A DNA stretch of 64,000 nucleotides from the NCBI GenBank assembly GCA_947503335.1, contig CANNCY010000002.1:355823-419822 (forward strand). The letters run 5' to 3'. Below the pieces are notes generated by a model. The model made no database searches, had not been told where the DNA came from, and saw only the letters and a list, made by a program, of their open reading frames with translations. The DNA comes from an uncultured Pseudomonadales bacterium. GTDB taxonomy: Bacteria > Pseudomonadota > Gammaproteobacteria > Pseudomonadales > CANNCY01. The position numbers were made by a program, and so were the translations under genes. This document shows, in pieces, positions 9,655 to 19,118 of the stretch. Each line of letters begins with the position of its first letter. Position 1 is the stretch's first letter.

Positions 9655-10521
9655 ATGCAAATAATTAGCACCCTGATTATTCCTATCACCATGTTCGGCG
9701 TTATGTTCAGCATGGGCCTGACGCTAGATAAGGGCGATTTTAAGCGCGTAGCGGTGTATCCAAAGGCGTCGGTTATTGCGCTAGTGATTCAACTTTTGAT
9801 TATGCCACTTGTGGGTATCGCTTTAGCGCTAGCCTTTGGTCTGAGCCCTATGCTTGCTGCCGGTTTAGTGGCAGTTGCAGCCTGCCCTGGCGGCACCCTG
9901 TCTAATGTAATGGTGCATTTAGCAAAAGCCGATACCGCATTATCGATTACACTTACAGCGGTCGCCTCATTTGTAACCCTAGTGACGCTACCTCTTTGGA
10001 TCAACTACAGCTTGTCGTTAACGGGCACTAGTGCCACCAATATCGACATGCCCATACTTAGAACGGCGGCGCAGTTAGGTGTATTTACCGTGCTGCCTGT
10101 TAGCCTAGGCATGATCGCTGTTGCATACAAACCCGTTTTAAGTAAATGGGAACCCAAGATTACGCAGGTTAGTACAGCGGCAATGTTGATATCATTCGTC
10201 GTATTAGTCATGTCTGATGCCGACAAAAATCTTGATGGTGCCGCCTCGGTAGTCGTGCCATCGATACTGCTATTACTGTCTGCGATTGTTATCGGCTATG
10301 GATTACCGCGTGCCTTTGGTGTGGCCAAAGACCGCAGTGCAACCATCTGTATTGAGATAACGCTAAAGAATATCTTGCTCGCCATCTTTATTGCGACCAA
10401 TAGCCTTAAGTCGCTAGAGGCTAGCTACACCGCCGTCGCCATGACAGGCCTAATGCTGCCTTGTGCATTCTTAGTGGTTTTAGCCTACCGCCGCAGTGCA
10501 CGGCTAGCCGCTAGCATTTAA
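9655..10521 (+). CDS. Bile acid:sodium symporter family transporter
   Basis: MFSMGLTL, ACPGGTLSN, ALSITLTA; multiple TM segments. Confidence 0.9.
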   Translation: MQIISTLIIPITMFGVMFSMGLTLDKGDFKRVAVYPKASVIALVIQLLIMPLVGIALALAFGLSPMLAAGLVAVAACPGGTLSNVMVHLAKADTALSITLTAVASFVTLVTLPLWINYSLSLTGTSATNIDMPILRTAAQLGVFTVLPVSLGMIAVAYKPVLSKWEPKITQVSTAAMLISFVVLVMSDADKNLDGAASVVVPSILLLLSAIVIGYGLPRAFGVAKDRSATICIEITLKNILLAIFIATNSLKSLEASYTAVAMTGLMLPCAFLVVLAYRRSARLAASI

Positions 10522-11681
10522 TGACAGTCGTAGTCGTTTACGCCTACGTATTCTAGCGAGTCATTGTCGCCTACTACGCGATACTCCATTTCTCGGTAAC
10601 AGCGTCCATAGCCAAAGCGAACCATCGCTGTGTTCTCTGTTACCTCGATATGCTGCACCGCTTTTTTATGATCGTCATAGCGGTGCGCGTAGTGATCTTC
10701 GGGTAACTTAAAATTATCAAATACCCACTTGGCTTGCTCTATCTGCGTTGTTGCTGCCACTTTAAAATGTTCGTTGGGCGAGGCTGCATAAAAGGCTTGA
10801 TTCTCGTGCAAGGTGCAATCGGCTTGCATGCTGTCATAACCTTTGCGCTTACAGTTCAAGCTAAAAAACGTGACAATATCTTTCTGAACAATATGAGGTT
10901 CAAAATCGTAATGACGCCCGTGATACAACGACCCATAACTTGACTCAACCTTAGCACCTAACAGCTCAGGAAACGTCGCCTCAAGATACGCCTCGCTAAA
11001 CCGACTACTGTAGCGACTTTGAAAACTAGCGTCGTCAAAATCAACTGTCTTTGACGCTAACAACACTGGCCCAGTGTCTAAACTGCTTGCCGTATTACCA
11101 GCCCCCTGCTCTATAAATCGCAGGTACGATTTAATGCTTTCAAAACGCTTACACTTGTCATATGCCCAACAATATTCTGCGGCTTCGTTGTAATTCGCTA
11201 ACTGTGCCTGAATATTGCTAGCCTCGCACAGATAGCGGTCTTCGTCGCGATCATCGATTAACTGCATATCGATATTGCAGGTAATCTCAAGTGCACTATC
11301 GGGCCCTAGATCAAAACCTCGCCAACCTCGATAAGCTTGACCATCTATCTCGATACAGAGGTGCCATTCAAAAAGCATTCGATGATAATCACTATGGCGA
11401 ACTAAGTTAAAAAACGCCGCTTCAGAATACTCTGGATGAGCCCAGTAATTAATTTGCTCGTGGGGATACCGACAAAAAGTATCATCGATAGAATGCGACA
11501 TGACTAGTTTCACGTCGACCCAGCTTTGGGCATTGGTTTTTAAATGAATAGGCACGGCCGATTCGGCTGGCTCGCGATGATGGCGCATAACGATGTCAGC
11601 AAACACACACTGACCAAACGCCAATAATAGAAACATCAGTACAGCTTGAATTGTAGATACCACAGAGTTTGAGTTACGCAT
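10518..11681 (-). CDS. Hypothetical exported Cys-containing protein
   Basis: Signal-peptide-like N-terminus, AGGAGG RBS, 387 aa; no recognised domain. Confidence 0.7.
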   Translation of the reverse strand: MRNSNSVVSTIQAVLMFLLLAFGQCVFADIVMRHHREPAESAVPIHLKTNAQSWVDVKLVMSHSIDDTFCRYPHEQINYWAHPEYSEAAFFNLVRHSDYHRMLFEWHLCIEIDGQAYRGWRGFDLGPDSALEITCNIDMQLIDDRDEDRYLCEASNIQAQLANYNEAAEYCWAYDKCKRFESIKSYLRFIEQGAGNTASSLDTGPVLLASKTVDFDDASFQSRYSSRFSEAYLEATFPELLGAKVESSYGSLYHGRHYDFEPHIVQKDIVTFFSLNCKRKGYDSMQADCTLHENQAFYAASPNEHFKVAATTQIEQAKWVFDNFKLPEDHYAHRYDDHKKAVQHIEVTENTAMVRFGYGRCYREMEYRVVGDNDSLEYVGVNDYDCH

Positions 11682-11800
11682 AACACACCTCCTGATCTTT
11701 GAGCCGTACTTCTAATATAGAACAATAAGAATGATTATCAATAGCATATCGATTATTTTATCTATATCTCACCCACGCATTGCGAGCTATACTCGCCCCC

Positions 11801-12889
11801 ATGAAACCTATTGATCAAAATATTGCATGGCCCTTTACCGATGAAGCTATATGGGTAGAGTCAGCCAACGGGCGAAACAGCGAGTTACTGTATTCGCGTA
11901 ATACACCACAACCAATTGTTCTAGAACTAGAGCAAACCCTTGCTCGACTTGAACATGCAGAGACGGGTGTTTCATTTAGCTCAGGTATGGGCGCTATCTA
12001 TGCGTCACTTATCAGCACCACTAAACCGGGTAGTAAGGTGGTTGCCTTTGACACCCTTTATGGCGGCACTTTTAGCCTGCTAAAACACATGCTGCCCAAA
12101 TGGGGAGTACAGTGCGAGTTATTTGCCGCTACACAATCTGATGCATTCTTTGACGCGGTGCGCGACGCCGATGTGGTGTATCTAGAAACACCTTCAAACC
12201 CGATGCTACAACAGCTAGATATCGAAGCGATCGTTGAGGCAGCGAAAGCAGCGGGTGCTATTGTCATGTGTGATAACACAGTAGCTACGCCCTTTGCTCA
12301 AAACCCTATATTACTAGGTGCTGATGTGGTGATACACAGCGCCACTAAGTTTTTAGGCGGCCACGTTGATGCACTAGCTGGTGTTGTTTGTTGTAGCGAA
12401 TCAATCGCTCAGCAACTTAGAACACACCGCGAACTGATTGGGTCAGTATTAGCCCCTCAAGCGGCTCATTTAATTATGCGCGGTTTGCAATCGTTCGAAC
12501 TGCGTATGCGCCAAGCAACTAGCAACGCCAAAGCATTAGCCACCTTCTTTTCAGAACACCCAACGGTTAACGCGGTGTTCTATCCGGGTGTAAATGCACC
12601 CCGTTGTAAAAGCCTTAAAAACGACGTCGCGTTACTCAGTATTGATTTGGCGAGTGCCGACAAGCGTAGTCAATTACTCGCAGCAATTTCGCCCATCAAG
12701 ATGATGAGCACGCTTGGGTCAATTGATACGATCGTAGGTATTCCTGAAACCACCAGTCATGTTGAATGCACTAAAGAAGAGCGCGAACAACTGGGTATTA
12801 GTGAAGGGCTGTTACGTATCTCAATGGGCATCGAGCCCTGCGAAACGTTGTTAGACATCTTTTCACAAGGCTTAGAAGCAATAGATTAA
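11801..12889 (+). CDS. PLP-dependent Cys/Met metabolism enzyme (cystathionine gamma-synthase/lyase family)
   Basis: FSSGMGAI, LYGGT, YLETPSNP, DNTVATP, HSATKFLGGH (PLP Lys), LLRISMGIE. Confidence 0.9.
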   Translation: MKPIDQNIAWPFTDEAIWVESANGRNSELLYSRNTPQPIVLELEQTLARLEHAETGVSFSSGMGAIYASLISTTKPGSKVVAFDTLYGGTFSLLKHMLPKWGVQCELFAATQSDAFFDAVRDADVVYLETPSNPMLQQLDIEAIVEAAKAAGAIVMCDNTVATPFAQNPILLGADVVIHSATKFLGGHVDALAGVVCCSESIAQQLRTHRELIGSVLAPQAAHLIMRGLQSFELRMRQATSNAKALATFFSEHPTVNAVFYPGVNAPRCKSLKNDVALLSIDLASADKRSQLLAAISPIKMMSTLGSIDTIVGIPETTSHVECTKEEREQLGISEGLLRISMGIEPCETLLDIFSQGLEAID

Positions 12890-14913
12890 TACTGGTATTC
12901 AAAACCAAACACAACGCGGCGCTCGCGACCAGGAAAATAGCGATCGCCGCCAAAGGTAGTAAAGTCAGCGCGGTCTGCATAGCGCTGATCGGTTAGGTTT
13001 AACACCTGAGCACGCAGCAATAACGACTCGCCCGCTTTATAACTAGTAATCAAATCTAGCAAATCGTGCCCTTCGTAGCGGTGACTGTTAAGCGGGTTGG
13101 TAAAGTATGCATCGGTGTGGCTCCAAACTAAGCTAGCAGTCAAACTATTCGCTTGGTAGTTAACCGATGAGTTAGCTAGCCAACGGGGGGCCGAATCGAT
13201 ATCTAGGCCTTTAAGATCAGCCCCTGTACCACCATCGGCATACTGATGTACGGCATAGCTGCCATTAGAAGACACAGACCAATAATCGTTAAACTGATAA
13301 CTAAGATCAAACTCGACACCGGTATGATCAGTGGCCGCACCGGATTGATTAAAGAATGCTGCATCGCGATAGATCAGCTCATCGCGTTTCATAACATAGG
13401 CTGCTAAATCGTAAGCTAGGTTGCCCGCACCACCCTTAATGCCTAACTCAAACGAATGGGTTTGCTCAGATTCTAAATCAGCAGCTGTTTGCGCGCGCTG
13501 CAGCCGGTACAGTTCGGTAGCCTGTGGCGCCCTAAAGCCTGTCGCGACATTAGCATATATATTTAACTGAGGGTTTAGATCATAACTTGCGCCCAAAAAG
13601 GCACTGGCATCGCTAAAGCTATCGGTACGATCGCTGGGGCGACTATAACGACAGCCACCAAAACCGCAGGCATTGCCCTGATCGTCTGTTCGCCCATCTA
13701 ACATCTGATTGTCGTAGTCGTACTCGATATAGTCTATGCGCGAGCCGCCTTGAATCAACAGTTGATCACTAAGGCGATATTGCACCTCGATAAACATACC
13801 TGCCGACAGTGCATCGACCCGATAGTCGTAGTGTTTACCAACGGGTATCGTTGCCTGTAAAAATGGCGAGCCTTGCGTGGGTTTATCTTGCCATTGTTTT
13901 AGATAGCCGTCGGTCTGTTCAACTTCGCCCCCAATTACCCAAGTAGCGTTAGCGACACTAGCAGTTCGCTGAAGTCGTGCTGCGATCGATTGATGGCCAT
14001 TTTGCTCGACGGGTTGGCCTGGCAAAAAGTGCATCAAAAACTGCATGTCGTTGTTGCGCATTAGCACATCTGCACGCCAGCCGTTGTCTTTATAGGTGGC
14101 AACAAAACTAGCCGACTGTGCGTCGCGGTAGGCTTCAGGGTTAGGGTTAGATAAACGAATATCGTCGTCTTTATACGACTCAAAACCGGTAATGTAGCCT
14201 GCCGTTTGCTGATCTAAATCGGCCCAGTTAGCTGCAAGTAAAAAGCGCCCATCATTGCTTGCTAACGCAACTCGCCCCTTATGCAGTTTAAAGCCAGAGT
14301 CTTCTCGAAAACCACTGTCGTGCTTGTCTACAAACTCGCCACGAATCGCCCAGTCATTAGAGACAGCGGTATCGCCCGTTAACGTTAACGCCGTTGCACC
14401 TAGGCTGTCGATCATTGTGCCTACCGACAATCGGGGCGAACTACTGGGCTTTGCAGAGATCACATTGACCACACCCAACTGGGCGTTACTGCCATACTTT
14501 ACCGAGGCAGGGCCGCGCAATATCACGGCAGCATCGCTAGTTTCGTAGGTAAGATCGAACAGTTCGTTAACGTTACAAAAACCGGCGGCTCTAACGGGTA
14601 CACCATCATAGGCTACGCGCACACTGCCACAGCCGCCAGCGCCCGTTAATACTGCTGAACGTATTGCCGGCAATGATTCTTGCCCGCTGCCTCGATGGTA
14701 GTTCACGCCCGCTGTTTGACTTATGAGTTCAGCCAAATGCATCGGGGCGCGTTGAGTTAACTGCGCGGTATCGATCACTGTTGCTGCAGACGTAATGGCA
14801 GCGTCGCCCGACTCAATATTAGACGCGGTGACTAGTATTTGTTCGATAGTTTGTTCAGACGCAGTGGCAGAGCCTGCCGCCAGCGCCAATAGAGAAAGAA
14901 AACGCATAGTCAT
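12886..14913 (-). CDS. TonB-dependent receptor
   Basis: Signal peptide, EQILVTA TonB box, LRGPASVKYG plug motif, NLTDQRY, C-terminal FEYQY. Confidence 0.92.
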   Translation of the reverse strand: MTMRFLSLLALAAGSATASEQTIEQILVTASNIESGDAAITSAATVIDTAQLTQRAPMHLAELISQTAGVNYHRGSGQESLPAIRSAVLTGAGGCGSVRVAYDGVPVRAAGFCNVNELFDLTYETSDAAVILRGPASVKYGSNAQLGVVNVISAKPSSSPRLSVGTMIDSLGATALTLTGDTAVSNDWAIRGEFVDKHDSGFREDSGFKLHKGRVALASNDGRFLLAANWADLDQQTAGYITGFESYKDDDIRLSNPNPEAYRDAQSASFVATYKDNGWRADVLMRNNDMQFLMHFLPGQPVEQNGHQSIAARLQRTASVANATWVIGGEVEQTDGYLKQWQDKPTQGSPFLQATIPVGKHYDYRVDALSAGMFIEVQYRLSDQLLIQGGSRIDYIEYDYDNQMLDGRTDDQGNACGFGGCRYSRPSDRTDSFSDASAFLGASYDLNPQLNIYANVATGFRAPQATELYRLQRAQTAADLESEQTHSFELGIKGGAGNLAYDLAAYVMKRDELIYRDAAFFNQSGAATDHTGVEFDLSYQFNDYWSVSSNGSYAVHQYADGGTGADLKGLDIDSAPRWLANSSVNYQANSLTASLVWSHTDAYFTNPLNSHRYEGHDLLDLITSYKAGESLLLRAQVLNLTDQRYADRADFTTFGGDRYFPGRERRVVFGFEYQY

Positions 14914-14975
14914 TTTTATGTGATATAAACTGGCACTAGTCTATAACGAACCTGTAACAAGGTAACCAGAAAAAT

Positions 14976-15314
14976 ATGCAGCAGATTAGTTTTGACCAGT
15001 TTAATCAAGTTGAACTGCGTGTAGGTACCATCATTAAAGCGTCGATTTTTAAAGAAGCGCGTAACCCGGCGTATGTCTTACACGTTGATTTTGGCGATGA
15101 GATTGGCGTCAAAAAATCGAGTGCTCAAATCACTGACTTGTATCAGCCCGAATCGCTAGTAGGTAAGCAGGTGGTTGCCGTGGTCAATTTTGCTCCTAAA
15201 CAAATTGGCCCCATTATGTCGGAGTGTTTGGTAACAGGGTTTCATCGAGAAGATGGCGCTGTGGTACTAGCAGTACCCGACAGCGCCACACCTAATGGGG
15301 CCAAACTCGCTTAA
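14976..15314 (+). CDS. csaA: CsaA tRNA-binding/export chaperone
   Basis: VELRVGTI, KKSSAQIT, VVNFAPKQIGPIMSECLVTG. Confidence 0.92.
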   Translation: MQQISFDQFNQVELRVGTIIKASIFKEARNPAYVLHVDFGDEIGVKKSSAQITDLYQPESLVGKQVVAVVNFAPKQIGPIMSECLVTGFHREDGAVVLAVPDSATPNGAKLA

Positions 15315-15318
15315 TTAT

Positions 15319-16227
15319 TTAGTCCTGCTGTAGTAGATAATCAAGCGCACCCACAATGGCAGCAACCTGCGCCTGATTGCATTGTTCTGGCGTTGCATTA
15401 GCACTATCAGGATACACCTCTGTGGTAGATCTATACCTAGCATTGGTGACGCCGGCGCATAGACCTAACTGATTTAACGGATAGCGTATTACCCCTTCAT
15501 CTACCACGTCTGAGCCGATGATCTGATTGTTAGCGTCAGGTGGTGCAATATGTGTCACCTTAGCAACCTCGGCATTCATCGCACTCTGAAATGCCGGCTG
15601 AGGTGCGTCAGTATCATCTACAAGATAAAAACCATCAGGAATCTCGCCCGGTTCATAGGGCTTGCCATCGCGGGCAGCAAGGGCCGGCCTAAACTCAGAC
15701 TCGTCAGTATCAGTGGTTTCGTGTAAGTCGATGTGTGCGATCACCTTATCAGCGTAGCGAGCCACCAATGCCTGCACTGCGTTGGCCTCTTCACTTGGGC
15801 CATCAGCATAGAAAGAACGATTGGGGTCTATCGCGTTAGGGTTCCAGCGATTAATAGTTTCGTATCCCCAAGGGCTAACGCACGGGCAGATCACAAAGTT
15901 AAACTGATCAACGTATTGGGCGAGCTCTGTTCGCACAAACTGTAGCGCACCTTGTACGCCACTGGTTTCGTAGCCGTGAACACCACCAGTTACCAATACC
16001 CAAGGTCGACCAACACCCGCCTGATCAACAATAAAGGCTTTTAACGGATATCGATCAGCATCGATACTAAGGGCGCCATACTGCGTGCAGTTGTAGGTAA
16101 TGGCTAGTTCAGCCACCGCCACTAGCACCTCGTCTTGGTAGCTTCGCTTAATCGATTGCTGATTAAACCATTGGGTCTTCTCTTTCTCGCCCCACGCCTG
16201 CCCAGGGGTACCTATTGGGTAACTCAT
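15319..16227 (-). CDS. M14 zinc carboxypeptidase / succinylglutamate desuccinylase-like protein
   Basis: GGVHGYE (HxxE), DPNRSF, IDLHET, TTEVYP. Confidence 0.88.
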   Translation of the reverse strand: MSYPIGTPGQAWGEKEKTQWFNQQSIKRSYQDEVLVAVAELAITYNCTQYGALSIDADRYPLKAFIVDQAGVGRPWVLVTGGVHGYETSGVQGALQFVRTELAQYVDQFNFVICPCVSPWGYETINRWNPNAIDPNRSFYADGPSEEANAVQALVARYADKVIAHIDLHETTDTDESEFRPALAARDGKPYEPGEIPDGFYLVDDTDAPQPAFQSAMNAEVAKVTHIAPPDANNQIIGSDVVDEGVIRYPLNQLGLCAGVTNARYRSTTEVYPDSANATPEQCNQAQVAAIVGALDYLLQQD

Positions 16228-16264
16228 ACTTAAAACCTATGAAACAAAGTATTCATTATATCTA

Positions 16265-16804
16265 CTATAGCTGTGTCTCACTTGCGTAAGATTCCACTTC
16301 GTCTAATTGCGCATTAACTACATCGATAATCTTATCAAGCGACTCATCGCCATAGCCACGGGCTTGATAAACCACGCGGCCATCAGGGCCTAGCATAATC
16401 ATATGCGGAATCGCGCTTACGCCAAATTTACGCCCTAAACTGCCTCTAGAGTCGTTAGTTACAGTCATCTCCACATCAGCCCAGACTTTCTTAAGCTGTT
16501 TAAAGTACTTTCTAGATTCTTGGTTTATCGCGACTACATGCACACGATCTGTACCAACTCTCTTTTGAATGATTTCTAATATAGGTAGTTCTTTCATACA
16601 GGGCTTACACCAGCTCGCCCAAAAACTAATGATAACTAGCTTACCGCGGTTATCTTCAACGTATATCTTTTCGCCGTCAAAGTTTCGGCCAAGATAGTTG
16701 TATACCTCGTCGCCAATATTGTATTTAAATCGTTCTTCTGCGACGGTGAGTTGACTTAAGGTCAACAGCAATACAACAACCATCCAATGTCTTATATGGC
16801 GCAC
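16265..16804 (-). CDS. TlpA-family thiol-disulfide oxidoreductase
   Basis: Signal peptide, FWASWCKPC, AIPH cis-Pro loop. Confidence 0.9.
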   Translation of the reverse strand: MRHIRHWMVVVLLLTLSQLTVAEERFKYNIGDEVYNYLGRNFDGEKIYVEDNRGKLVIISFWASWCKPCMKELPILEIIQKRVGTDRVHVVAINQESRKYFKQLKKVWADVEMTVTNDSRGSLGRKFGVSAIPHMIMLGPDGRVVYQARGYGDESLDKIIDVVNAQLDEVESYASETQL

Positions 16805-16855
16805 AAGTAAAACTCCTTTTATTTTGTTCCACCTTAAAACTTAGGCACCGCTATT

Positions 16856-18280
16856 TCAATCCTTTGGGCAGGCTGCTTGAAGCTCTTCGATTTCTACCCA
16901 TAACTGATTAGCTTGATAGGCGCTAAAACTTTGCTCATACCATGCTTTTTGCTTTGGCTTATAAAGATTGGTTAGCCACATGCAACGATCTTCATCGGCA
17001 CTTCGTTGTCTAGCCTCACTTACTAGCACAGGCCACGCATCTTGCTTTAGATGCTGAAAGTAGCCGTAGTCGAGCTGGCCCTCGTCATTGGCCACGTTAA
17101 CGACTGCAACTAACTTAGACGGCGACATAACAACCAATGCAATATTGAAAACCAGCCAAGCAATTGACACATTGGGTAGCCAATACTTTCTCGATTTTGA
17201 CAACAGGCTCACCAAGTATAATGCCGTTGCGGTAATCACAAACCCCATAAACCAACTCGCCATGATGCGCTGAATACTCAACCGATAGGCATCAATGTAA
17301 AGCGCCATTCGATAGATTGCCGACGCTTCGATCACCATCAACATAACAACGAGTGAAACGCTTATGGCTACGAGTAATGGCTTTTCGTTAGATAATGCGT
17401 ACTCTGATCGTTTTAGCAGCCAGGCCAGTAAAGGTAAACAAAAAATACTGACCCATACCAAGGCACCGAATCCTTCTCTAGCATAGGTAGCAAAGGTTAA
17501 GTTGTCGGTATCTTGTATAAGTTTTTCGCCACCAAAGAAATAAGTACTCTGAACAAATATATAACTCGCAAAGACTAAAACGATCGGTAACATACCTGCA
17601 ATAACGGCAATGCTTGTTTGCGGTGCGGGCATATCAATATGCTTGAACGGGCTCGACTTAAAATGATTGATCGCAATGGCCAACAATGGCGGCACAGTAA
17701 ATAGCGCTATGCCATATATATGTGCGAGCAAATCAGTGATTACGTCAAACGATAGATCTGATACAAGCTCATCAAACCGCTGATCGGCCGCACTAAAGAG
17801 CAGGCCAAATATCAATACTGGAATAACCGAAAACACCAACCCAGTAATAACCAGTTTAACTCGCCCATAACTGCTTTGTGATTTGGGTAGCATCGATCGA
17901 TACAGACCTACTAAGTCACTAATTAAGCGTCTGAGTAAGCTAAAGGGTGCCAATATAAAACCAAGATAGCTGGCCTGTGTTGTACTTAAACTTACCGCTA
18001 ACGCCCACCAGGTGACACCAATTGATAGGTAGCTTATTAGAATAACCCAAGGGTCTTCGCTAATGGCAAACCCTAGTGACGTAAGTAGCCCTAGCCCCAA
18101 TACGACCCACGGGCGCTTTCGGTGCTCGTGCGATCTGTGTAATCGAACACCGATAAAAAGCGCCACAGCCCAGATATAGATTGTTGTACCGACACCCCCC
18201 ACTTGATCGGCAACTAAATAACCTAGTACGCCTAGGCCTAGAGCTTGTAGGTGGTTAATCGTGTGCGTAGATAGTTTCAT
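16856..18280 (-). CDS. DUF4153/DUF4173-like multi-pass membrane protein
   Basis: LLFSAADQRF, TFATYAREGFGAL, RMALYIDAYRLS, LDYGYF; likely start ATG 18280 after GAAGGA. Confidence 0.8.
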   Translation of the reverse strand: MKLSTHTINHLQALGLGVLGYLVADQVGGVGTTIYIWAVALFIGVRLHRSHEHRKRPWVVLGLGLLTSLGFAISEDPWVILISYLSIGVTWWALAVSLSTTQASYLGFILAPFSLLRRLISDLVGLYRSMLPKSQSSYGRVKLVITGLVFSVIPVLIFGLLFSAADQRFDELVSDLSFDVITDLLAHIYGIALFTVPPLLAIAINHFKSSPFKHIDMPAPQTSIAVIAGMLPIVLVFASYIFVQSTYFFGGEKLIQDTDNLTFATYAREGFGALVWVSIFCLPLLAWLLKRSEYALSNEKPLLVAISVSLVVMLMVIEASAIYRMALYIDAYRLSIQRIMASWFMGFVITATALYLVSLLSKSRKYWLPNVSIAWLVFNIALVVMSPSKLVAVVNVANDEGQLDYGYFQHLKQDAWPVLVSEARQRSADEDRCMWLTNLYKPKQKAWYEQSFSAYQANQLWVEIEELQAACPKD

Positions 18281-18363
18281 ATTGGCTTCCTTCATTATCG
18301 AAACCAATATGCCAGTGCTATGTGCCCTGAGCGCTTCAAGGCTGTGGCAATTTAGATACACTT

Positions 18364-18381
18364 TGTGCAAATTCTGTGCAA
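18364..18381. promoter_or_regulatory. Direct repeat TGTGCAA-N4-TGTGCAA, candidate OmpR-family binding site
   Basis: Two identical heptamers with 11-bp period between the response regulator and the divergent membrane gene. Confidence 0.6.
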
Positions 18382-18437
18382 CGACTACTCTAGCTGCTAG
18401 CAGGTTGATAAACTAACGTCTCAACCTAGGAGCCTAA

Positions 18438-19118
18438 ATGCCTAAAGTATTAGTTGTTGATGACGACACCAATATTCGCGAAGTACTGGTATTTGCCTTG
18501 CAAAAGCACGGCTATACAACCGTTGAAGCGGGCGACGGCGATCAGGCTTTGTCGATGTTCGAAGCATCTCGCCCCGACTTGATATTGCTAGATATTATGA
18601 TGCCCGAGCTTGATGGCATTGAAGTATGTAAACGCGTTCGGCAATCTAGCAACACACCGATTATCTTTATGTCGGCAATGGATGACGATGCCGACATGGT
18701 ACTAGGGTTAGAAATTGGCGGTGATGATTATGTCGCCAAACCCTTTAGCGTGCGCCAGCTGATCGCTCGTGTTAAGGCAGTACTTAGACGCACAGACCAA
18801 CCAGTAGTCTCGCATTCAAACCCTATCATTATTACAGGCAACCTATCGCTTAACCGAGACACCTATCAAGCCTGTTACAACGATCAGCCACTGACACTTA
18901 CCGTTACTGAGTTCAATCTATTAGGCACACTAATGAGCGCGCCCACTAAGGTATTTAGCCGCAGCGAACTGATAGATCATGCATACGATGGCGTCATTGT
19001 TAGTGACCGAACAATCGATAGCCATATTCGCCGGCTCCGTAAAAAGCTAACGAACGCCGGCGAAGATCCTATCCATACGGTTCATGGTGCCGGCTACAGC
19101 CTACGAGTAGCCGAATGA
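18438..19118 (+). CDS. OmpR-family response regulator (CreB/ChvI-like)
   Basis: VVDDD, LLDIMMP, KPF; winged helix DRTIDSHIRRLRKKL, TVHGAGY. Confidence 0.93.
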   Translation: MPKVLVVDDDTNIREVLVFALQKHGYTTVEAGDGDQALSMFEASRPDLILLDIMMPELDGIEVCKRVRQSSNTPIIFMSAMDDDADMVLGLEIGGDDYVAKPFSVRQLIARVKAVLRRTDQPVVSHSNPIIITGNLSLNRDTYQACYNDQPLTLTVTEFNLLGTLMSAPTKVFSRSELIDHAYDGVIVSDRTIDSHIRRLRKKLTNAGEDPIHTVHGAGYSLRVAE

